Shown here: positions 21,240-31,407 of the stretch, piece after piece | How positions within the stretch are numbered: position 1 is the stretch's first letter | How the letters are laid out: every line of letters starts with the position of its first letter | Assembly: GCA_002245135.1 (NCBI GenBank) | Contig: NGBS01000635.1 | Coordinates: forward strand, 1-32,175 | DNA length: 32,175 bases | Direction of reading: 5' to 3' | Source of the DNA: Proteromonas lacertae | Lineage: Eukaryota | The notes under the pieces: generated by a model | Databases searched by the model: none | The model's input: only the letters and a program-made list of their open reading frames with translations | Told to the model about the DNA's origin: nothing | Position numbers and translations under genes: made by a program

Positions 21240-21703
21240 AGCTCAAATGTTGCAAACTCCCATACCTATTCAATAGTATGATCGTATAAGGCTTTGGAAC
21301 TAACATGTATGTATAACATACATTTCGGAGATAGCTATTTATCAATATGCGAAAAAGAAGAAGCTCTATTGAAGATCAGATTTAAAGCAGAGTTTCTACA
21401 GTATCATTGTTTTCAATAGGTGGTTATGTATATCTAAAATCGGCTATTTTATACTTATATTGCAGATATAAGTTATATGACAAACGAAGCACAACAGGGG
21501 GTTATGTATAGCTATACATAACCACCTTTCTTTCATTATTATCGTTTATATTCCAATAATTTCTAAAATTATATGTCCTGTTACTATACAATAAGTATAG
21601 CATGTTATATAATAAGTAGATCTCTTCATCATTATCCTGTGATATAATACATGTAAATTCCTGGAATGAGAAGATTATATATGTATAATGTAAATTAGAT
21701 ACT

Positions 21704-22241
21704 ATGTATAGGGCTAATGTATTAGGAAGAACCTATGCTGTGTATGACGCAAGCATATTAACTTACATTTGTGTAATTGGTTTGATAATTGTAAAATTAC
21801 TTCCAAAGCCTTATACATCAATTTTCAACAGGAATTTTATTTCTTTGTGCTTTAATGCATGGAATTATTACAATATATTTGTTTTTAACTCAAACATATT
21901 ATAAATGTAGATTATCTATGATATTGAAAATAATTCCTACCACAATAATAGGATTTTGTGTAATTGGTTCAATGTTATTACATCCAACCGTAACGAATCA
22001 GAAAACTGCAAGTAATTTAGGTGCTGTATTGCAATGGTCACTTGTATTTTCAATGATCGTTCTATTTGGATCTTATTCAGTTGATTTTAATTATTTATGT
22101 AATGATTATGTGGAAGTGGATGAACAGAGGAATATCAACCCTGATGAAGAACATAAATCATTACTATCTAAAAAGAATTATTATTGTATGTTTCTTTTTA
22201 TAGTTTTTGCTAGAAATGAATTAAAATTAACAGTTATTTAA
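21704..22241 (+). pseudogene. Fragmented multi-pass membrane protein, Frag1/DRAM/Sfk1-like
   Basis: Hydrophobic segments lie in two frames. HGIITIYLF and GAVLQWSLVFSMIVLFGSYSVDF resemble the C-terminal helices of this family. Confidence 0.4.
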
Positions 22242-23311
22242 TAATATAATTTATCTTCCAGCATCTTCTTCATATTAATCAGTTGAGAAGGTTTTAAATA
22301 GAAGTCAATGAATAAATTTCTATATTTTCTCAACAATTCATTTTGATTCAAAACCTTCAATAACACATTTCTTCCATTTTCTGGATCATTCATAATTCCA
22401 TTTAATTTATTGGTCAATATTTCAGATTTATTCTCCAATTCTTTTAATCTAATTCCAACGTAATGTGGTAAAGGATGATAGTTTTCTTCAATATAATTGG
22501 ATAATTGTTCATATAACATTTAATTATCATTATTTAATACTTTTATATTATTTACAACTTGATCAAATTTTAACTTTTTCTTTTTTAAATATTCTTCATC
22601 TAATTTTAACTTTTTATTTGTCACTTGATAGATTTTATCCCAACTGATACATTCATTTATATTCATTAATAATTGCTGATTTTGTCTATGTTTTTATTAA
22701 TTATATTATATATAGATAAATAAATAATATCATTATTATCAATTTTATTTCTTTTATCTTCATTATACTATTCAATTAATAAAATATATAACTATTAAAA
22801 ATATACTCGTTTCATTTCTTTCAAATTATTATAAACATTTTCTCTCTTTTTACAATCACTTCGTAAGTTGTCTGTATATTTAATTAATCTATTTATTAAT
22901 TCAATTAAATATTTAATATTATTATAATCTAATGTGATTTCACTCAATATAAATAAATGATGTATTAGTTGGTTTTGTAATAATTGAATTATTTTCTTTT
23001 GTTCTGAAATTATATACATTTCTTTTTTCTCTTTTTCTTAATAATCTCCTAGTAAGATTGAACTACTTTCTATTAGACAAAAAATTACAGAAATTATTAG
23101 GGTTATTATTTCATTTTATTATTTTACACAAATTATCTAATTGTTTTTAAACATCGCTCAAAGGTTGAAGACCAATTAACCTTCAGTTGAAACAGTTGGT
23201 CTTTCACCAATTTAAACAAAGCAAGGTTCACTATGAGATTCATGGCTCTTAGAAATACCTCAGATGTAATATTGTATTTATTCTGACGGTATATCTAAGC
23301 TATAATCTCTT

Positions 23312-23871
23312 ATGACGGTATTATTGTATATATTTTCGAAGTATTGCTATATGTGTTATATAATTAGTTTATGGAGTGGAAAACACTCTAGTGGAGTTGA
23401 ATTGCAAGTTACAAAAAAGATATGTATTGAATCGAGTGATAAAGGAAGTAATTTGGATGAAGTAGCAAATTATATCTGTAATACCATACAAGAAGTTGTA
23501 GAATTTACTCCAATCAATCCAGAAGCTATAATCCAATTTTTCAGAGAATGTAATGGTAGTAAAGCAAAATTAATTAATCATTGGAAATAGTTACATTAAT
23601 AGAATATTATAAAGAAAGAGAGAATTATGGATTTCAAGATATTACATTGTATAAAAATACTAGAATTTATGAAATGGAAGATTATTTCGATTATAATAGA
23701 ACTGATGTAGTAAATATGATTGATGTACCTAATACTATACATGGAATGTATAATTACGAAAAGTTTTATGTTCAAAAGTTATTGGAATTTAATGATACTG
23801 AAACGATAAAAGAAATTATAAAATCCAGATTTAGAATAAATGATGATCAGATGGAATATAAATATAGATAA
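23312..23871 (+). pseudogene. Frameshifted hypothetical gene; coding-like decay continues to ~24750
   Basis: Two overlapping ORFs in different frames, followed by purine-rich coding-like sequence broken by stops. No diagnostic motif recognised. Confidence 0.3.
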
Positions 23872-24829
23872 AGCTGATAGTTTTGTTAAAGTTGTTAAAG
23901 TATTCCAGTTTCCTAAAAACCTTATTTACATTAGAGATTGTTATTATCAAAGTATCAATTATAAATAAATAAAATAATAGATAAGAATTAGTGCAAAAAG
24001 TATGAATGTAAATCTGTATTGGATATAGTCATATGTGGATATGAATTATCATTAAAAATAATAAAAGAAATGAAAGAGATCTATAAGAAGATAAGATGAT
24101 AGTGATTAGTAGAAAATACATGGAGAGAAGAAAAGATGGAAAATTAAAAGACATCTATATAGTTAAAGATAAGAAAGGGGGAGATTTGAATGATAAGAAG
24201 AAATATTTATTTAAAGATGGTTACCTCTTTAAAATCAACATTGAAGCAAATAAAATTAATCATTAAATAATCATAGTTAACACTTCTAATAATATAATTT
24301 TAATCAGTTCACCTGAAAGTAAAAACTATGAATTATGAACATAACATAACAAAATATAAAGAATTATATTTTGATTCTTTAAATAAAACAGAGATAAAGG
24401 AGTGGTTTAAATATTGCACAGGTTATACTATGAAAATAGAGATTATTGGGAATATTATAAACAATTGATAGAAGGAGTAATAGGTACAATTGGTTATAAT
24501 GATTTTAAAAATACATATTATAAGATACAGTATATGCAAGATAATATATATTTCCAATTCAGTTCAAAACTATAATAAATTCTATTCACCTATAAATGAT
24601 GATGATAGTGAAAAACTGAGGATCAAATAATTCACTAAATACAATTAAAAAATCATATATGGATAACTATGATTATTATGGATATATAATAGGAAATTAT
24701 AGACCATTTGATGTGATATAGATAGAATAATTAGTATTATATGTATAGATAAAAAAGATGATATATGATGAAAGAAATGATGAAAGAATAATAATATCTG
24801 ATAATTGTATGGGACTCTGGCACAATGTC

Positions 24830-25965
24830 ACAGAGTCCTAACGAGTTTTCTAGGGGTAAGTCCCTTTCTAGATTCAGAGTTGACTTTTACGGGGCCTTCA
24901 TCGATTGCATCGATGAAGCTATCTATACCTATGAGACGATCTCCTACGGAATTCCTGGATGATGATCTTCATGACCATCTTACCTTCCTCTGTTGTTACC
25001 ACCAATCCATACTCTTGAGTTGATGCCTGCTGGGTCGGTGATAGCTGATCGTAATCGATTGTGTTTCGTTCTGGGAACAAAGGATACTCCTTGAACTTAT
25101 CATGAAGCTCTCTCCGACACTCGATATCGACTTCGAGGAAGTATCCTTTACCTGGCTCATTGAACTCCTTCATAGACATGTCATCGTAATAAGGCTTCGA
25201 GAGGATGTCTTGAATAATTTCATCGGTCCAGGCAATGAACTTGAAATCTCCACAAGGTAACTTGCTGGAGTACATCGTGAATGAGTATAAGCTATTGTAG
25301 TCATTGTACATGATATAAGTAGAAGGCTCCGATGGATCGTAATTGTTCTGATACTTGTTGTTGCTAGCCCTATACTTTTCACTTCCCATAGATGAGATAC
25401 CACAGTAAAGGCCAGCTATGAAGAAGTCATAGATGTCTTCCTCGGAGATCAAGGGGATACTGATGTGCTCATGTTGGATCTAACTGGAACCCTCCGAGGA
25501 TGACATTACGGAAGTTCTCAAAGACCCTTGCAAGGATGCCAACATCGACGGCTAAGTAAAGCATGTTGTAATCTCCTAAAGTACTGGCACTTGAACTTTT
25601 TAAACACTTCATAGGCAATGTTTTACTCCTCCTCATTGATTCCTTTCATATTGAACTCTGAGTAAAAAGCATCTTGTGGTGGTAACTCTGGGTTATCATA
25701 CTTGGGTAAGTCATCGCAGTACTAGCAAAGGAAGTAGTTCTTCTGCATGAAGTAAGTCTTGATCAACTTTTTATCATATCTCTTGATCTGGTTCATCACG
25801 TAGAACACCGGAGCAAAGTACTTCTTGAAATCCCTGGGCTGGACTGCTTGCCGATGTTAACATTCTGTAATAGACTCTAAGCTAGAGGACATGAAGCAGT
25901 AGCTATCGATGAAGTACAATCATAAGATTGATATGCTAAGGAGCTTCTCATCAGACTTTGGCATT
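24830..25965 (-). pseudogene. Protein-primed family B DNA polymerase fragment (Polinton/adintovirus type)
   Basis: EKLLSI..LYFIDSYCFMSSSL, ELPPQDAFYS, ExoIII DYNMLYLAVDVGILARVFENFR, motif A YNDYNSLYSFTM and GYFLEVDIE...LHDKFKEYPLFPE. There are multiple frameshifts, and motifs B and C are missing. Confidence 0.9.
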
Positions 25966-26065
25966 GTAGGCTATCACCAGGATTCTCATATAAGCAATCT
26001 GGCAAACGGTGTTACAGGATTCTCATTAAGATAGATAAATTACTTATCCACTAAATATAAATAGT

Positions 26066-26517
26066 AGAAATTTTAGAAGCAAACTAAATTCATATTTAGC
26101 TAATATAAACTAAAATACATTAGCTGAAATGATTAGAATATAAGAATTATTAAATCCTTCTATATAAAAGAAGACATGTAAAATATAGGCTTGAGTGAGG
26201 TTTGATTCTATATTTTCTTTTTTCATTTTAAATGTCTTGTGATGAACATTAAGTTGTTCTAATCATTTCAGCTAATGTATTTTAGTCTGTATTAGCTAAA
26301 TATGCATTTAGTTTGCTTCATAAAATTTTAGAAAACAAACGGCACAAATATTCAAACTATTTATATTAACAAAATAGTATACTGCAGAGGTAAGGTCATA
26401 TAACAAAGTAAGTATAAAAGTAACAATTTTTCATCAAGACAAGTAAGAATATACATTTAGTTTGTTTTAAAAGTGTGTGGTAGACAAACGGCCAACTATG
26501 ACAAATGGCGCACAACA
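26066..26517. mobile_element. Left-truncated copy of the TGTTGT-family MITE
   Basis: High similarity to ~19090-19542. Ends in ACAAATGGCGCACAACA. Confidence 0.92.
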
Positions 26518-26659
26518 GCCTTCATACTCTTTAATCACAGAATAGATATGCATCGAGTTTGTTTTGAATATAACTCGTTTTATAAAAAGCATATTTCTCA
26601 TTAGGTTGTCTATACACACCATATGTTCTAATATTTGTTTAGGTCTAATCAGATAGAAC

Positions 26660-27613
26660 ATGACTATAATTAATTATTCAATATTATTTATATTATCATT
26701 GATTACTATGATAAGAAAAGTAAATCTTCTCAATTACTCAGAAAGAAAAATAGAGAAAATGATATATAACAACAACCACCATAAAAGGAAGAATTTAGTT
26801 ATATATAAAACTATGGTTCAATGTGGACTGGGAAATAAAATTCCCACAATAATATCCAGCATATTTTTGTCCTTAGTATCTTCATCCACTTTTTTTATTT
26901 TTGGATGGAAAGAAATGATATTGTACTTCAAAATGCCATCATATATGTTAAATAACAATATAAGTATAACAAATACAATCGAGATTAGATTTGTCAACAA
27001 TACAATTAAAACTCTATTAGATTCTTACAACAGAATATCTATATATAAACTACATGGGTTCATGAATGTGGTATATACTCTATATCGTGAATCAAAGTTA
27101 ATAAAAAATACTAAAAGAAATATAAAAGAGTGGAATATCTTAATTCAAAATGTATTTTTTCAGCCATGTGATAGAGTAGCTAAATATATCATAAAATTCA
27201 TTAGACTAAAATATAAATCAACGGTAATAGGGGTGCATATTAGAACTGGATTTCTATTAGATTTATCAAAAACATCGATATGGTACTCACCGAAAGTATT
27301 TAACAAGTATTTAATATCTATTAATAAATTATTAAATCAATTTAATCACTATAAATTGCTTATTATATCAGATTCTAATATGATTATTAAGAAAGTTAAT
27401 AAACTATATAACGCTTATGTATTAAATTACACAATACCAGGACCTATAATAGATCCACATGGGTCAATGCATGGAGGAAGTTATGAAAGTGGGATTAAAC
27501 TGTTAGCTGATAATTATTTAATATCACAATGTGACATAGCTATAGGATCACATTTAAGTACTTATTATAATTTGTCTTGTTCTAGATCAAATGTAAAATG
27601 TATTTATATCTAG
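26660..27613 (+). CDS. Fucosyltransferase-like protein (GT37/NodZ/GT23-type), intact
   Basis: N-terminal anchor, CGLGNKI, IGVHIRTG, IISDS and ADNYLISQCDIAIG..STY are the conserved GDP-fucose-binding motifs. Confidence 0.85.
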   Translation: MTIINYSILFILSLITMIRKVNLLNYSERKIEKMIYNNNHHKRKNLVIYKTMVQCGLGNKIPTIISSIFLSLVSSSTFFIFGWKEMILYFKMPSYMLNNNISITNTIEIRFVNNTIKTLLDSYNRISIYKLHGFMNVVYTLYRESKLIKNTKRNIKEWNILIQNVFFQPCDRVAKYIIKFIRLKYKSTVIGVHIRTGFLLDLSKTSIWYSPKVFNKYLISINKLLNQFNHYKLLIISDSNMIIKKVNKLYNAYVLNYTIPGPIIDPHGSMHGGSYESGIKLLADNYLISQCDIAIGSHLSTYYNLSCSRSNVKCIYI

Positions 27614-27742
27614 ATTTATAAAATGCTAATTAATTGTAAAGTATAATACTAAAATTTATATTAAAAGAATTTAGTATAATAACGTATTTCTATTAAAAGC
27701 TTGTATTAAATATAAATCAAACAATATATTGATTATACTATA

Positions 27743-28582
27743 ATGATAATATACATAATTAGTATATATATTATTTTTGTATTAGCTTTACTATTATTTC
27801 TTTATCATAGTCGAAATACCTATATAAGGATGGTAAAACATGTAGTAGCTCCAACCATAATAAATGAACAATCTTATTTCTTTACAAAAACTAAATACAT
27901 AAATATGTCATTTGCGCAAGTTATTAGAAGTAACGATTATGTGTCAAACTATATAAGAGAAAGAGGTAGGTGGAGTGAATGTCAAGATATATATAATATC
28001 TATTTATCAGGAAGTAGAGATGGTGTATTTGTAGATTTTGGGGCAAATATCGGTTCATGCTCTTTTGTCTTTGCATATGCAGGTATAAAGGTATATGCAT
28101 TTGAACCTCTTCCAAATAATTTATTTCCATTTAGTGTTACTACCTTTAGTAATCCAAAATTTTCAAGTCTTATAACAATATATCCCTATGCTTTAGGAAA
28201 CAGAGAAGATCATCAAGTTATGAGTATAGCTAAGAACAATTGGGGTTATTCTTCTTTCTATTATAATCATTTTGATTATAAAGAAACAGTACATGTTAAA
28301 TTATTAGATCAATTTGACAAACTTATCCCTACTAAAATTTCAATGATAAAAATTGATGTAGAAGGTGGCGAGTATGAATTAATTAAAGGAGGAAGAAAAT
28401 TCTTTAAAAATCATGAAATTGAATTCATTCACATGGAAATCGAATGCGGAAAAAAGAATAAAGACGATGTATATGAAATAGTGAATATGTTTAAAATTCT
28501 TGATGATATGGGATATAAAATCATAAAAAAATTTGATTGCAATAAGACTATAAAGAATAATATTGTAGCAAAAAGAAAATAG
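27743..28582 (+). CDS. FkbM-family SAM-dependent methyltransferase, membrane anchored
   Basis: FVDFGANIG, YAFEP, YALG and MIKIDVEGGE motifs, with an N-terminal TM segment. Confidence 0.92.
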   Translation: MIIYIISIYIIFVLALLLFLYHSRNTYIRMVKHVVAPTIINEQSYFFTKTKYINMSFAQVIRSNDYVSNYIRERGRWSECQDIYNIYLSGSRDGVFVDFGANIGSCSFVFAYAGIKVYAFEPLPNNLFPFSVTTFSNPKFSSLITIYPYALGNREDHQVMSIAKNNWGYSSFYYNHFDYKETVHVKLLDQFDKLIPTKISMIKIDVEGGEYELIKGGRKFFKNHEIEFIHMEIECGKKNKDDVYEIVNMFKILDDMGYKIIKKFDCNKTIKNNIVAKRK

Positions 28583-28690
28583 ATTCAGTATTTTTATAGG
28601 ATTTGCTGTTATTCTTTTTTATATATATCATTTACATTTAAATATTTACCTATTATATTCAAGTAAATACTTCATTCAACTTCTAAAAGT

Positions 28691-30406
28691 ATGAATTACA
28701 GATATGATATTGAAATTTTAAAAGGATATTGTATTTTATTGATTATTCTTTATCATAATAATGTTCAATTCTTTAAATACGGATTTTTATCAGTTGTGGT
28801 ATTTATTAACATATCAGGGTATTTATCGTCAATTAAACATACCTATAATTTTTTTGCGAATATTTGTCATAGATATTGTAGAATAACACCAAGTTATTAC
28901 ATATTAACAATATATACAGCTTTTTATCTTATTAGACAGAACATAATTAGCGATAATGATGTTAATGATATTTTTTATATATTTGGTTATGTATATAATT
29001 ATAAATTAATAATGAATGAAAATGATTACTTTGTCAAAGAGAATAAGTCTTTATTCAATCATTTATGGTATGTATCTGTTATTTTTCAATTATACATTAT
29101 TCATATTGTTGTTGGCTATATTACTGATTTATCTTATATTTATTATATTATAATCATATTGTCTTTCATATATAATTTTGTTGCTGAAATATATATTCAA
29201 GGTAATATCAATTATTATAATACTATTACTAGAATATGGTATTATTATCTTCACAGATTGTCATATTTTATTAATATAAACATCAATATAGCTATAATAT
29301 TGATTATATTATTAAATACATATAAACTTAGTAATATATTTATCAATACCGTATTTATATCATATATATCAAATGGAATATGTATGAATCAGTCAAATGT
29401 GAATTCTTATTTTATATTTAGTAAATCAATTATTTATTGTGGTAAAATATCATATTCGCTTTATTTATATCATTATATGTATAGTTTTAAATATAATCCA
29501 TTTTATAGTGTTGTTTTTTCATTTCTATCTGCAATAACAAATAATTATGTAATTGAATGTGTGTTAAGAAAACATCCAATACTAATTACTACAATAATTA
29601 TAGTGTGTATTGTTGTCATGAACAATTTTATAAATCTATCAAAAAATATAAAAAAGAACGATGATAATATTAATATTGTAAAAGAGGCAATAAAACATTC
29701 ATCTACTTTATGGTGTAGTCATTGCCATTTTACAGATAATGTTTCTATATCCAGCAAAAATATCTTATTAATAGGAGATTCTCATTTAGAACAGTGGATT
29801 CCAGCTATGTTACCATTCACAAAATCTCATAGTATAATGATTCATTACTTTTATTTTCATTTGAAAATTGATAACTGCAAAAATAAATACAAAGGTTACT
29901 TTGATAGTATAAAAATTAATTGGTCATTGATAATTTTAGGATTTTATACCTCTAAAATTTATAGTGACAATGAAATTAAATATAACTTAATTAAAATGAT
30001 TATGTTTTTAAGCTCTATATCTCCTAAAATATTATACATAGAAGATAGTCCACAATTGTATAGAAATAATATATGTTTACAATGTTATGAAAAACATAAT
30101 CTAAAATGTGATCTGTTTATTGGAAAGAATGTAACAATATTTCCCAGAATAATTCCACCAATTAATAACACACAATACATTTCATTTAATAATATTATAT
30201 GTAAAAACAAAATCTGCCCTTGCATTTATAACAGAATTAGTGTTTATGATACAATGTCACATCTATCACCTCTATATACACAAATGTTTAATAAACATTT
30301 TACTTCTATCTTTTCTAGAATTATTGGTTCATATCATACTGTTAATAAAACAAACAAAATGTGTAACTTTTATGTCCATGGAAAATACTACTACAGACGA
30401 TGCTAA
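28691..30406 (+). CDS. Acyltransferase-3 + SGNH fusion (OafA/OatA-like O-acetyltransferase)
   Basis: RYDIEILKG...YH, RYCRITP, HLWYVSV..QLY and GKISYSLYLYHY in a multi-TM domain. C-terminal LIGDSH ... DTMSHLS SGNH motifs. Confidence 0.88.
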   Translation: MNYRYDIEILKGYCILLIILYHNNVQFFKYGFLSVVVFINISGYLSSIKHTYNFFANICHRYCRITPSYYILTIYTAFYLIRQNIISDNDVNDIFYIFGYVYNYKLIMNENDYFVKENKSLFNHLWYVSVIFQLYIIHIVVGYITDLSYIYYIIIILSFIYNFVAEIYIQGNINYYNTITRIWYYYLHRLSYFINININIAIILIILLNTYKLSNIFINTVFISYISNGICMNQSNVNSYFIFSKSIIYCGKISYSLYLYHYMYSFKYNPFYSVVFSFLSAITNNYVIECVLRKHPILITTIIIVCIVVMNNFINLSKNIKKNDDNINIVKEAIKHSSTLWCSHCHFTDNVSISSKNILLIGDSHLEQWIPAMLPFTKSHSIMIHYFYFHLKIDNCKNKYKGYFDSIKINWSLIILGFYTSKIYSDNEIKYNLIKMIMFLSSISPKILYIEDSPQLYRNNICLQCYEKHNLKCDLFIGKNVTIFPRIIPPINNTQYISFNNIICKNKICPCIYNRISVYDTMSHLSPLYTQMFNKHFTSIFSRIIGSYHTVNKTNKMCNFYVHGKYYYRRC

Positions 30407-30418
30407 TGCAATTTAAAA

Positions 30419-31366
30419 CTACATACCATTTATTAACTTATACAGTTTTAGATAATTGATATAATTTACTCCATGGATTGATATAGTGTTATTATCTATA
30501 TTTGTAACATTATTTTCTTTTAATTTACTCACTATTTTATGCCTTATTTTGCAGAAAGAATAATTGCTTTTTGAAGTCAATAAACCAATATGAACATCTT
30601 CTTTGTATATTATTGGATATACAGTAAAAGAAATATTGTTAATATAGTTTATAAGTATATAATTATAAATTGCAAAATATCCAAATATATATGAAGGTAG
30701 ATTGTTTTTCTTATATGAATAATAAGGGATATAATGTACTGAATTTTTATTTCTGCAAACTACTTCGTTTTTACTTAAAATTCCATAAGAGCAAGTTGTA
30801 TTTATTAATGATAGTAAATAAATGTATGTTAGTTTTATATTAGGAATAACATCTTGATCATTTTTTATAAGATATATAAATTTGCAATTATCAACTACCC
30901 ATTTCATCATCCATATTGTTAATATGGTAAGATTTAAATAACTCTCATATAGAGATAATTGGATTATGTCATTGTATAACTTTACTTCTATCGATAATAA
31001 ATAATTATAATAATCTACATTAGAATTTGCTATAAAGAAGAATAGCAATGAATTATAATATTTCATTTGTTTTCCTAATGTCTTTCTAATAACCATTCTA
31101 ATGTTAAATGAATCTGATGTTGATGTAACACCAAAAACAATGAATGAATTGTATTTAATTTTATGAATTGGCTTTTGAATATATAAAACACTTTGAACTT
31201 GATACAAAGAAATACTAGTATTATATGTTAATAGCTTCTTATATGTTTTTGGTGAAATACCTTTTATTTTTAATAAATATAGCATATTTAATAATGATAT
31301 ATACATAAAACAATATAAAATGAAATAGATAATAATAAATGTGGCTAAAATGTATGATATTTTCAT
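30419..31366 (-). CDS. GT31 family beta-1,3-galactosyltransferase-like protein
   Basis: N-terminal anchor followed by R..IRKT, EVKLYNDII, ESYLNLT, IKNDQDV (DxD) and YKEDVHIGLL. Confidence 0.9.
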   Translation of the reverse strand: MKISYILATFIIIYFILYCFMYISLLNMLYLLKIKGISPKTYKKLLTYNTSISLYQVQSVLYIQKPIHKIKYNSFIVFGVTSTSDSFNIRMVIRKTLGKQMKYYNSLLFFFIANSNVDYYNYLLSIEVKLYNDIIQLSLYESYLNLTILTIWMMKWVVDNCKFIYLIKNDQDVIPNIKLTYIYLLSLINTTCSYGILSKNEVVCRNKNSVHYIPYYSYKKNNLPSYIFGYFAIYNYILINYINNISFTVYPIIYKEDVHIGLLTSKSNYSFCKIRHKIVSKLKENNVTNIDNNTISIHGVNYINYLKLYKLINGM

Positions 31367-31407
31367 TTAAACTGTAAAGCAGAATTATATCAGCTTGATT
31401 AACTTTG

